Assembly: GCA_020635395.1 (NCBI GenBank)
Contig: JACJZV010000001.1
Coordinates: 647,545-711,544 of the forward strand
Origin: Flavobacteriales bacterium
Lineage (GTDB): Bacteria > Bacteroidota > Bacteroidia > NS11-12g > UBA9320
Direction of reading: 5' to 3'
Length of the DNA stretch: 64,000 bases
Within the stretch, counting starts at the first letter, position 1, and the number at the start of each line of letters is the position of its first letter. The translations under genes and the position numbers were made by a program. Below are positions 41,360 to 50,063 of the stretch, one piece after another. Under the pieces are notes generated by a model that did not search any database, was not told the origin of the DNA, and was given only the letters and a program-made list of their open reading frames with translations.

Positions 41360-41851
41360 TCAATCATCGTCTTTTTCGGCGTTATGCTGTTCGGATGCAG
41401 AATTGTTATTTCCGTTTCTAATTTCTGTGTGTCTTATTTCGCCACCAGTAGTGCCCGTTTGTTTCGCAAAAAACAATGCAATGAAGGCAAAAACTAAGGT
41501 GGCTATTGAAACGATGGAAGAAAAGGATTTTTGCTTAATACTTGCCCAAAGACCGAGAAGCGAAATACCTCCCAAAATATATGATAGAAATGCAAAAGTT
41601 TCGGCTGTTTCTTCGTGGGTTTCAATAAAATGTTTTGAAACACCGTTTATTTCCTCCACCACTTCTTCTGCTCCTTCGCCCGTGGTCATTGCGGCTATTG
41701 CAGCAAACGCACCAAGAATAAAAATCATAAATGCCGTTCGTTTAACAGCTTCTGATTTTGAAACAAAACCCGTAATCATTACGATTACCCCTACCATCGG
41801 GAAAATAATAGGTAGATGATTTACCACCAAATGCCAATGTGCTCCGTTCAT
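41360..41851 (-). CDS. Integral membrane protein (DUF2231-like)
   Basis: Four predicted TM helices. The opposite-strand ORF 41346..41819 is judged spurious. Confidence 0.45.
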   Translation of the reverse strand: MNGAHWHLVVNHLPIIFPMVGVIVMITGFVSKSEAVKRTAFMIFILGAFAAIAAMTTGEGAEEVVEEINGVSKHFIETHEETAETFAFLSYILGGISLLGLWASIKQKSFSSIVSIATLVFAFIALFFAKQTGTTGGEIRHTEIRNGNNNSASEQHNAEKDDD

Positions 41852-41977
41852 ATTATTGTATTTTAAAATTAACTATTTACACCAATTTGCCATTCGCAAT
41901 ATAGTTTTATTAAGTCACTCGATTTCAAATTTTTTTTGGTAGATTTTAAGATAACTGTTCTGCTCAGGTTGCAAGCT

Positions 41978-42020
41978 CCTCCTTATGGGGAGAGCCGCCT
42001 ACTCGTTTGGCAGCTACCCT
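41978..42020. repeat. Module W/Y copy (cctccttatggggagagccgcctactcg..cagctaccc) at the distal end of array 2
   Basis: The same 25-bp W module terminates the B elements at 46264, 47782, 48583 and 49305. Confidence 0.6.
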
Positions 42021-42601
42021 TCTTTTATCATTTTATAGATATTCGATTGATTAAACTGTTCTCTCCATTTCTCAATTCTATCAGTCTCACTTTCAATTTT
42101 TTGAATCTGAAATGATTCCACAAAACCAATTTTTAACCGAATTTCTTTTCCACCTTCATCTAATGGTATTTGAACAAAACAATCATGCTCATCACAAGTA
42201 ATTTTTGACTTAATTAAAGCTGAATCAATTTTGTTTGACAAGAATTCTTTTCCAAATTCCATTTGATAGGATAGCACTTTTAACGAATCTATTGTATTGT
42301 TACTGGTGTATATTGAATCTAATGATTGACGAGACAATTTGTGTTCTCCTAATCGTTTGTATATCTCGTATCTTAACAGGTTTGCCTTTTCATTTACTTG
42401 CATAACACAAAGGCCACAGGTGCAATAACCACACGTTTCAGCTTCCGTTATTTGCTTCAATGCTTTTTCGTTTTTTCCCTTAGTAACGTTTTTCTCTGCT
42501 TTATCAAGTAACATAAATGAATTCTGACCATAGCTCAACTGATAAAATACTATGAGTGTCACTATGGCGAAGGATCTGAGATATTTTACTTCTATTTTCA
42601 T
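42014..42601 (-). CDS. Hypothetical secreted protein (cassette-like array gene)
   Basis: Signal peptide. No recognised domain. Confidence 0.4.
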   Translation of the reverse strand: MKIEVKYLRSFAIVTLIVFYQLSYGQNSFMLLDKAEKNVTKGKNEKALKQITEAETCGYCTCGLCVMQVNEKANLLRYEIYKRLGEHKLSRQSLDSIYTSNNTIDSLKVLSYQMEFGKEFLSNKIDSALIKSKITCDEHDCFVQIPLDEGGKEIRLKIGFVESFQIQKIESETDRIEKWREQFNQSNIYKMIKEG

Positions 42602-42604
42602 TTT

Positions 42605-42660
42605 TTTAATTTCTAAGACGTTTTAGGGCTTTGTGTTCAGGCAGTTTCGCGGGCCATTGG
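42605..42660. repeat. Module C copy (cgttttagggctttgtgttcaggcagtttcgcggg)
   Basis: About 75% identical to 45293..45328 and 985..1022. Confidence 0.5.
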
Positions 42661-42697
42661 GGTGATTTAACCAGTGAACCACGGTAGGTGTTGTGAG

Positions 42698-43438
42698 TTA
42701 TTTTAACTTCTTAAATACATAATCCCAGTCTTTATAAGTCCAATCATTTTCACCGATAAATTCATGGTCCGCACATTCATAAATTTCATTTACATTGAAA
42801 ATCTGATTATTTTCTCTTGCTTCATCCCAAAGGTTCATTAGCCCAGATTTATCCTTTATTTTTTCAAACTTATTTTTAACATTTTTAAAACAAACTAAAT
42901 CTCCAAACTCTGAATTTCCACATGGATGATAATTTGAGTATTTACAGGATATACAGGTTTTAATTTCATAATTTTCAGGGAGCGTCTTTTGCATATCAAT
43001 CATAAGATATTCAAAATTATACATATTCCTTGCAAATAAATTCTCTCCAAAAACAGTCTTAAAAGTTGCTTCTTTTATAACCAACTCAACACCGTAATCT
43101 TTTTTATTTTCAATACTTTTTTCCAATTTTAAAATCAGTTCGCCATTAAAATTATTCTTTAAGTGGCCAATGATTATAGGTATCTCAATTTCTAATTCAA
43201 AATTTGTTAACTCATTGTAAGAATTAAATTCAAAATTACCCTTAGTTTCTTTTGTTTCTAATGACTCAAACTCACGTCCTTCAAAGATTGTATTCCTTAA
43301 TTCTAATCTTAAATTGCTTCCATGCGAAATAACCTCAGATTTGAGCGAACCGAATTTGTCAGTATATTTTACGAGATATTTTTTTAAACACATGCTCTTA
43401 CTCTTTATTTTTCTGGCATTAACTATACTGTAAAACAC
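42698..43438 (-). CDS. Hypothetical protein, AT-rich (cassette-like array gene)
   Basis: ORF only. Confidence 0.4.
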   Translation of the reverse strand: MFYSIVNARKIKSKSMCLKKYLVKYTDKFGSLKSEVISHGSNLRLELRNTIFEGREFESLETKETKGNFEFNSYNELTNFELEIEIPIIIGHLKNNFNGELILKLEKSIENKKDYGVELVIKEATFKTVFGENLFARNMYNFEYLMIDMQKTLPENYEIKTCISCKYSNYHPCGNSEFGDLVCFKNVKNKFEKIKDKSGLMNLWDEARENNQIFNVNEIYECADHEFIGENDWTYKDWDYVFKKLK

Positions 43439-43689
43439 GGAGAAGCCAAATCATCTAAACGTACTTTATTTAAAATTCTGTACGAATTTCTCCTCTTCAG
43501 TGCATGGTGTAAATATAGTTCGAAAGATAAGAAATTGATTGTCAATTTGATATAAATTATTTCCGTCTGGAACAGGTGCATCTAAATCGGGGAAGCCACT
43601 ATTCGGCGACGTCGCCAACATTGCTATTATTATCACAAAAGGTCAAGTTAGCACGTGTCCTCCAGTGGTGGAAACAGCCGTATTCTATA

Positions 43690-43775
43690 CCCCAATCCCG
43701 ATAGCTATCGGGATTGGGGTGAGAGGTACACTCTCATCATTTATGGGGAGAGCCGCCTACTTGATTATGTGCTGT
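43690..43775. repeat. Composite repeat made of a perfect 30-bp palindrome V (ccccaatcccgatagctatcgggattgggg), then a truncated B 3' half, then the W module
   Basis: The palindrome was read directly. The gaggtacactctcatcatttatggggagagccgcctacttg part matches the B-element 3' end. Confidence 0.7.
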
Positions 43776-43782
43776 TATTTTT

Positions 43783-44511
43783 TTATTCATATGGTTTCCA
43801 GTTTTTGTCTTTGGGTTCCTTGTAATTTGCAGGTCTTACATTTCGCTTCATTTCTTCATCACAAGCTCCGAACTCAATAAAGTTTTTTTGTGCCTGTCTT
43901 AACGAAATTGTGTTTGCTCCACCTTCATAATATGGGTCGTCAAGTTGGATTGGGTCATCTTCCCAAAAGCATACAGGGCAAATATCATAAGTTCCATTTG
44001 GTTTCTCCGTAAACGTTTTATGTCCACAACAAGGACAAGCAAATTTTGAATTAACTGTCAATATTAGTAATGCCTTTTCCAATGCATCTTTGTCAAAACC
44101 GATTGATGGTCTTGTTGCAACCCAGCGTTCTTTTATATACTCTGGCAATGCGTTTATTGATTGGTCATCATCAATAATAACATAGTTCTGTCCCTCTCCT
44201 TTTTTTTCAACCCATTCTTTAATTTCGGTTCCTCTGTCTAATAATTGACTTATTTCTGTTTTGTTATTTAGTTTTGATATTGTTTCAAAATTCAATCCTC
44301 TTAATCTAAAAATCTCTTTCCATTTAGTTTCGTCATAATTTATTCTATGAGTTGTTGTCAAAACTATCGAAGCATTTGTCCTTTTGTGAAGGATTAATAA
44401 GTTTTCAAGTGCTTTTTTATTTAGTTTCATAAATCCGTCAGAATATATTTCTGCCTGTCGCCAAGTAGGTGTCGTTTCCAAAACTCCGTCTATGTCTAAA
44501 AGTATTGTCAT
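43783..44511 (-). CDS. HAD-like hydrolase domain fused to a cysteine-rich CPCC domain
   Basis: N-terminal DxD HAD motif (LLDIDGVL) and a C-terminal CPCCGHKTF...CPVCFWEDD cysteine-rich CPCC-type module. Confidence 0.5.
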   Translation of the reverse strand: MTILLDIDGVLETTPTWRQAEIYSDGFMKLNKKALENLLILHKRTNASIVLTTTHRINYDETKWKEIFRLRGLNFETISKLNNKTEISQLLDRGTEIKEWVEKKGEGQNYVIIDDDQSINALPEYIKERWVATRPSIGFDKDALEKALLILTVNSKFACPCCGHKTFTEKPNGTYDICPVCFWEDDPIQLDDPYYEGGANTISLRQAQKNFIEFGACDEEMKRNVRPANYKEPKDKNWKPYE

Positions 44512-44682
44512 TCTGTTTTGTGTCGGTCTTTATAATAGCACATAACTTTTTGCCGCTTGCCGCAGTGGGGGATTTCGAAGCACTTCACTTTCAACCAAGC
44601 ACAAATGTTGATAGAATCACAGCACTTGATTTAACCACGTCAACCCCCATTGCGGCAAACGACTGTGCCTGTTGCACAACTC
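44512..44682. repeat. ORF-less structured spacer element with a 12-bp inverted repeat (ccgcaGtggggg / cccccaTtgcgg) and module Z (atttcgaagcac)
   Basis: Read directly. No credible ORF. It lies between repeat A2 and the CPCC gene. Confidence 0.5.
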
Positions 44683-44832
44683 AAAAGTAACTCTATTTTT
44701 CAACTATTTCAAAAAAGTTGCAATTTTAATCTTCTTATTACCAGCGAGTTAATTGTGTTTTGTTTTTGAGGTAAAAATCTAAAATAGCGTTGAGGGTAGT
44801 TGTGCAACAGCTACCCGTGTTAGCGGTAGTGT
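44683..44832. repeat. Cassette-associated repeat A2, about 98% identical to 1..150
   Basis: Direct comparison. It is bounded by the inverted 10-mers GTTGCACAAC (44671..44680) and GTTGTGCAAC (44799..44808). Confidence 0.85.
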
Positions 44833-45267
44833 TTACGTCATGTGTTTAAGGAAAAGTGTAATGGTTTCATATGTCAATTCGTTATCCTTGATTATATAGT
44901 TGTCAAACCAGTCGTTGTTACTTAGTGTTTGTGCTACCAACCAAGATTCTTTGCCAAGATATAAAAATCGTTTGCCGCCAACTTGTATTAACCATGAACC
45001 AAAATCCTTCTCGTGATAAGATTCTTTTGTAATCACCTTGTCTGTTAGTCGTAATAAGCAAAAGTCGAAAAGAAATTTATTCCAATTGCTTGAAACTTTT
45101 CTTTCAATGTCAAACGCATAACTTATAGCCTTGTCAATCGTATTATCAGTTGCATTGTCAACCAATTCTGCTTTTCGCCCAAATTTGTCAGTAAGAGTAA
45201 CTTTAAAAACTCCGTTCGAAATTTCGTCAATTTTAGTTGTCCAACCTGGTAGTGATTTTGTGTTCAT
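44833..45267 (-). CDS. Hypothetical protein (cassette-like array gene)
   Basis: ORF only. Confidence 0.4.
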   Translation of the reverse strand: MNTKSLPGWTTKIDEISNGVFKVTLTDKFGRKAELVDNATDNTIDKAISYAFDIERKVSSNWNKFLFDFCLLRLTDKVITKESYHEKDFGSWLIQVGGKRFLYLGKESWLVAQTLSNNDWFDNYIIKDNELTYETITLFLKHMT

Positions 45268-45269
45268 AG

Positions 45270-45400
45270 TGTCTGTCTAACATTACCGCCAACGGTTTCG
45301 GGCTTTGCGTTCGGGCGGGTTTCGGAGCACAAAGTTTCAATTTATTACTAAAGTTTATTAGAAGCACAAAGCTCCATCCCGATAGCTATCGGGATTGCAC
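45270..45400. repeat. Composite repeat made of module C (ttaccgccaacggtttcgggctttgcgttcgggcgggtttcggagcac) plus palindrome V copy (atcccgatagctatcgggatt)
   Basis: Related to 965..1045 and 43690..43719. Confidence 0.6.
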
Positions 45401-45440
45401 GTCAACCCGCATGACGCAACCCGTGTTATAGCCAGTTTTT

Positions 45441-45797
45441 CTATTCATTGGTCAACATTACTATTGTCTTATTTTTTGTCTCTGCACATTTATTTTCTGT
45501 CGGCATATTAGTTTTTATTTTCAATATGTCGTCATTTCTTTTAATGCTAAAGTTCATAACATTATAGATTGCGTCATTTAAGTAATATTCAAATAATTTG
45601 GTCGTGTCATTTCCATAATTTGCAAAAAATTCAAATCTGTAATTGTCAATCTCAGTCTGATAAACGCTATAAAAAATGTGTTCATTAGGTTCGTTTGAAA
45701 TTGTTCTCGTCACAATGAGGTTGTTCTGTTCAAAATAGGAACAGCCAACTATGAATAGTAAAAATATCAATGCATATTTTGGTATTTTTTTATTCAT
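45441..45797 (-). CDS. Hypothetical lipoprotein (cassette-like array gene)
   Basis: Signal peptide with the lipobox LFIVGCS. Confidence 0.4.
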   Translation of the reverse strand: MNKKIPKYALIFLLFIVGCSYFEQNNLIVTRTISNEPNEHIFYSVYQTEIDNYRFEFFANYGNDTTKLFEYYLNDAIYNVMNFSIKRNDDILKIKTNMPTENKCAETKNKTIVMLTNE

Positions 45798-46047
45798 ATA
45801 CTTTCGCTCCTTTAAAAATGTCTACAAATGTTGACCAGTCTGGTTTGTCCGCATTTACATTTAGTTTCATATTGTCGTAATAGCCTTGAATGTCTTCAGT
45901 AAACGCACCCAACGCTTCCAGAAAATCGGTCAAAGTTTTGTTTTCCCAATTTTCAGGATTGGCTAAAAAGTCTTTGCGTAATAAGCCAAGAAACTTAATG
46001 AAATTTTGTCTGTCCGTTACTTTAAAGTCGTTAAGTGTGTCGTTCAT
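45790..46047 (-). CDS. Hypothetical small protein (85 aa). It overlaps the next gene by 8 bp with no intervening repeat
   Basis: ORF only. It forms a two-gene unit with 45441..45797. Confidence 0.35.
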   Translation of the reverse strand: MNDTLNDFKVTDRQNFIKFLGLLRKDFLANPENWENKTLTDFLEALGAFTEDIQGYYDNMKLNVNADKPDWSTFVDIFKGAKVYE

Positions 46048-46165
46048 AAAATTGGCTATAACGTGCCAGCACTAAATGTTGTGCCACTTTTTTCACTATT
46101 TGTTGTCAGTATAAATATACAATTTTATTTCTAATTCCCTGTCTGTCAGGCATAACATTTAGTGC

Positions 46166-46292
46166 ACGTGTGTGCCGCCAATGGCAAACACCCTCCAAGT
46201 TTAGTTGAAAGGAGAGTGATAACCAATAGTTATGTTGGATTAGCTAATGAGGTGTACACTCCTCATTTATGGGGAGTTCCGCCTACTCGATT
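46166..46292. repeat. B-family structured repeat copy B1
   Basis: gtgtgccgccaatggcaaacaccctcc..aggagagtgataaccaatagttatgttggattagctaatgaggtgtacactcctcatttatggggag..cgcctactcg. Internal hairpins are ataac/gttat, ttagctaa and aatgagg/cctcatt. Confidence 0.8.
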
Positions 46293-46298
46293 ATGGGC

Positions 46299-47513
46299 TT
46301 ACAATTCAATTTTCCAAAGACCATTTTTGCCTCCGACAATTACGCTTCCCTTAGGATCGATTGCAAGGTAAAAAGCACTTTCAATGCCAGCAAATAAGTC
46401 CTTTGACCTAAAAGTATAATATTCCCCATTACTTGTCCGAATACCGAAGTCTGGATAACCCATCCAACTTGTTGTATACCAAATATTAGATTTTTCATCA
46501 ATAACTATAGAATTTGGTAATGGAATTACCGTTCCACAGTCTGGTTTTAATTTTTCATTGAAAGATTCAGATTGAATATCCAACCCTAATCCAATAAATG
46601 ATTTACTAAACCCAGGGTTTTGACCATAATGTGTACTATTATATAGATTAATACAAGGGATATTTATAACAGAATTTTTTTCGAAAACACTTCCAAATTG
46701 CTGAATACTGTCAAATGTGAAAGTTTTCCACTCATTATTTTTAATTCTAAGTAATTCAGCTTGTGAGGCTGCATTTATTCCATTACCTTTAGTTGCATAG
46801 AATCTGACCCAAACGGAGTTATCACTGGTTATAGTTATTCCATCAAGTCTTTTACCTACTGGTAGTCCATTATTTTCTGTGAATGTTAAAACATCGGAAG
46901 CTGAAATTAAACTCAATCCATTTTCCTCCCAGTTGGATCCAGGCTGAGGCTGGGTCGTATGACCTACCCAAACATTGTCAGATTGGTCAACTGCAACATA
47001 TTTCGTATGGTTATTTAGGAGACCTTCATTTTTTGAAAAGAGTTGCATTGAATTCCAGTCATATCTGCACAAACCCTTGGGAGTAGCCATCCATAATCGT
47101 CCTTTGCTGTCTTCATCAACTCCTGTAATAGTGTCTGAAGGTAATCCATCTTCTTTGCCAATATGTAACCATTTTTGTTGGGCAAAATCGAAATAATCTG
47201 CACCTTTATTCGTTCCAACCAGAATTGCCCCTGATACCTTGGAAACTGACAGATGATTAATTCGCCCGTTTGCTAAATTATGGGTTAAGTTTTCTTTTTT
47301 TTCAAAAATAGAGAAGTCGTTAAAGTTTTTACTATTCCAGCAGCTATCCCAAGTAAATTCGGACACGACAACTAGAGGTTTAGATGGTTCCTCTTTTTCT
47401 TTACAAGATAATGCCAAAATAGAAAAAGAGATAACTAAGAATGTAATTGTTTTATTCATATTTCTGTTTTTAGTTCTGACTAACGCAAAATTATGTTTCT
47501 GATTACCAAGCAA
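46299..47513 (-). CDS. Lipoprotein with two-component-regulator-propeller (Reg_prop-like) beta-propeller repeats
   Basis: Lipoprotein signal and repeated ..DG..W.GT..GL..YD blades. Confidence 0.45.
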   Translation of the reverse strand: MLGNQKHNFALVRTKNRNMNKTITFLVISFSILALSCKEKEEPSKPLVVVSEFTWDSCWNSKNFNDFSIFEKKENLTHNLANGRINHLSVSKVSGAILVGTNKGADYFDFAQQKWLHIGKEDGLPSDTITGVDEDSKGRLWMATPKGLCRYDWNSMQLFSKNEGLLNNHTKYVAVDQSDNVWVGHTTQPQPGSNWEENGLSLISASDVLTFTENNGLPVGKRLDGITITSDNSVWVRFYATKGNGINAASQAELLRIKNNEWKTFTFDSIQQFGSVFEKNSVINIPCINLYNSTHYGQNPGFSKSFIGLGLDIQSESFNEKLKPDCGTVIPLPNSIVIDEKSNIWYTTSWMGYPDFGIRTSNGEYYTFRSKDLFAGIESAFYLAIDPKGSVIVGGKNGLWKIEL

Positions 47514-47682
47514 TCACAAAGTATCATTTTTTACCTCTTTTTCAGAGGTTTTTTCGACTTCGTTGGCCTCCAAAATTAATAAAGAAAATTCAGAAATGAG
47601 AAATTGAATTAGACTCATTTCGGAATTTTTATTTTTGGATTGCCCATAACGGTGAGTGTACGCGTAGTTTGCACGTTTAGGG

Positions 47683-47816
47683 CTACACCGTGTGTGTGTG
47701 CCGCCAATGGCAAACACCCTCCAGAAAGGAGAGTGATAACCAATAGTTATGTTGGATTAGCTAATGAGGTGTACACTCCTCATTTATGGGGAGAGTCGCC
47801 TACTCGTTTGTGTGTA
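47683..47816. repeat. B-family repeat copy B2. It has an 11-bp deletion relative to B1 and is flanked by the imperfect inverted repeat ctacaccgtgtg / tgtgtgtag
   Basis: Direct comparison. Its 3' flank encodes the last 4 codons of the upstream ORF. Confidence 0.8.
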
Positions 47817-48414
47817 GTTTTTGTTCTTTATATACTTTCGTTATTTCGCTTTTTAATTCATTGTACCTTTTAGGTTCGGTCAGTTTTTTCAGTGAATTAA
47901 TTGTGATTGAGCTCTGACTTCTTTCATAGTTGTCAAGTCGATATGTTGGTAGAACATAAAAATCCCATTGCTCCATTTTTAAAGGGTCAATTGTTTTTTG
48001 GTCTTTGTGTTTTAAATGACAGAACACATAAAGGTCAGCGTGTCTTTTGGGTTCTCCACGTTGCATATTTGTTTCTGCATCCCAATATCTTGCAGGTTTA
48101 ATTGAAAATGAAATAGTCGAAAAGTTCTTTTGATTCCAACTTTGAATATAAGCGGCAGATTTGACTTCTATTTTTATTCCGTCGATAGTTGTCAAGTCAT
48201 ATGCATCCCATTCATCTCTTAAATTTTCAGGATTTAGTCCAACTGCTGTCCCGACGATAAACTCTGCAAATCTTCCGCGAGTTGCATTGCTCAAAATGTC
48301 AGAAACGCTCCAACGCCAAAAGTCCAATAGGTTAAAATTTGTTTCCTTACCATTGTCGGTAAGGGTTTCATTTCCGTTTTTGGGGCTTGCTTTTATTTCT
48401 TTGAGTTCGTTCAT
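47800..48414 (-). CDS. Hypothetical protein with a PD-(D/E)xK-like nuclease motif
   Basis: D..(x)n..IEVKS arrangement (DAYDLTTIDGIKIEVKSAAY). Weak. Confidence 0.35.
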   Translation of the reverse strand: MNELKEIKASPKNGNETLTDNGKETNFNLLDFWRWSVSDILSNATRGRFAEFIVGTAVGLNPENLRDEWDAYDLTTIDGIKIEVKSAAYIQSWNQKNFSTISFSIKPARYWDAETNMQRGEPKRHADLYVFCHLKHKDQKTIDPLKMEQWDFYVLPTYRLDNYERSQSSITINSLKKLTEPKRYNELKSEITKVYKEQKLHTNE

Positions 48415-48482
48415 TTCTAATTACACACGACGGTTCGTATATGGTGTCGTAGCATCCCGCAGGGTGCTATGTATTATATACC

Positions 48483-48618
48483 ATGTGTGTGCCGCAAATG
48501 GCAAACACTCTCCAAATTTAGCTGAAAGGAGGGTGATAACCAATAGTTATATCGGATTAGTTGATGAGGTGCACACTCCTCATTCGTGGCGAGAGCCGCC
48601 TAATGGATTGTGTGTATT
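48483..48618. repeat. B-family repeat copy B3, the most diverged
   Basis: About 85% identical to B1. Confidence 0.7.
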
Positions 48619-49047
48619 ATCTGTTAAAATTCTGTTTTTTGGAATCAGCTGATGCATTACGAGTAAAAATAATACACCTTTAGTAAAACCATTTGGAATA
48701 AACTTTACAAACGAGTCGTAAATATCAAATTGAAATCCTAATCCAGCTCCTATTATTAAAGAAATTATTATGGAAGAAATTAAGCAAACAATGCCATAAA
48801 TGCTACCAAATATTAAAGCTTTTGATAGCGATATTCCGAGATTATCTTTTGAAATATTCCTTACTAACAAATGGGTTACGAAAGCGGTAATTATTAAAAA
48901 TAAAAACTCTAAAACCATCTCATAGATGAAAAAATAGATATTGAATATTCTAGTCATTTCAAATTCGGTAAATATTAATTTTCTAATCAAATCTATTCCA
49001 ATTGAGATTAATCCAAAAAACAATATTGCTCTAAAAACCTTTGTCAT
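48580..49047 (-). CDS. Small integral membrane protein (4 TM). Its last 11 codons are encoded by the B3/W repeat
   Basis: Hydrophobic profile. The C-terminus THNPLGGSRHE is read through the repeat. Confidence 0.4.
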   Translation of the reverse strand: MTKVFRAILFFGLISIGIDLIRKLIFTEFEMTRIFNIYFFIYEMVLEFLFLIITAFVTHLLVRNISKDNLGISLSKALIFGSIYGIVCLISSIIISLIIGAGLGFQFDIYDSFVKFIPNGFTKGVLFLLVMHQLIPKNRILTDNTHNPLGGSRHE

Positions 49048-49211
49048 TCTTTACAGTTTATCTTAGTGTTATGCATACGCTGCGATTACGCATAACGGTA
49101 TAGGGTAAGAAACGTAGGGCATTTCGAAGCAATTTCCTGTTCACCGAAACGGAACTTGCTAAGAGCCCAAAACTTGCGGAAACCACTGCCCGCCCTATGT
49201 TTTATACCCAT

Positions 49212-49345
49212 TGTGCGTGCCGCCAATGGTAAACGCCCTCCAAATTTAGTTGAAAGGAAAGTGATAACCAATAGTTATGTTGGAATAGCTAAATAGGTAC
49301 ACTCTCCTCATTTATGGGGAGAGCCGCCTACTCGATTAGGAGCAT
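49212..49345. repeat. B-family repeat copy B4
   Basis: About 90% identical to B1. Confidence 0.8.
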
Positions 49346-49350
49346 CATAA

Positions 49351-49854
49351 TTATGAAATCCAAATCATTTCATTGCTTACAACTCGCCATTTTCCGAGGC
49401 GTTTTTTTAATTCAACAACATTTCCAGACGAGCTTAAGTTACCTTCGTAATATCCACAATAAACACTGGCTTTGTTTCCAGACACAATTACTTTTGAAAT
49501 ATTGAATGAAAGAAAATCAATTTCACTTTTTTCTTCGTCTGTCATATTATTGAACATTGAAATGTCCTTTACTTTGGGAGAATTCCTTTTTAGCTTATCC
49601 AATACAAATGGTAAGGATTGATTGAGAGAATCGTCTAAACTTAGAAAATAGTAGGTGGCTTTTTCTTTGGTTGCAGATGCGTTTTCTTTAAATAATGCTT
49701 TGAATGCAGCAACTTCAATTTTAACCAATGTCGTCTTTGGGATATTGTTATTCTGCAAACCCTCTTTTATATTTCCTGTCTTTTGGCTGAATACTGTGCC
49801 AGAAAGAAGTAAGAGAAGTGTCGGAAACACAAGGACTTTGAGTATTAAATTCAT
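49351..49854 (-). CDS. Hypothetical secreted protein (cassette-like array gene)
   Basis: Signal peptide. Confidence 0.4.
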   Translation of the reverse strand: MNLILKVLVFPTLLLLLSGTVFSQKTGNIKEGLQNNNIPKTTLVKIEVAAFKALFKENASATKEKATYYFLSLDDSLNQSLPFVLDKLKRNSPKVKDISMFNNMTDEEKSEIDFLSFNISKVIVSGNKASVYCGYYEGNLSSSGNVVELKKRLGKWRVVSNEMIWIS

Positions 49855-50063
49855 TTGATTGCCATTTAAATTATTTCTGTCGCATTCTAGAAAGTCAAAT
49901 TCTATCTGGTGTTGGTGTAATTGCTCCTAACGTATTCGTGTATGAGTAGTGGCGGATTTTAACCCACTAAACTATCAGATAACATCGACCTTTGATTTAT
50001 AATTTTATGTTTCTATTAAGCACCAAACCCGCTATTGCAAATGTGCTGTTAGCGGTAGTTTTT

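Noticed and set aside
41346-41819. Plus-strand ORF of 157 aa overlapping the membrane-protein gene 41360..41851
   Set aside because: It mirrors the minus-strand TM protein, and the minus-strand product has a coherent 4-TM topology. It is judged a shadow ORF.
44469-44690. 73-aa plus-strand ORF within the ORF-less spacer
   Set aside because: It is composed of repeat-module sequence, has no start context, and runs opposite to all array genes.
49086-49271. 61-aa minus-strand ORF upstream of B4
   Set aside because: It overlaps repeat modules and has an Arg/Gly-rich low-complexity product. It is probably non-coding.
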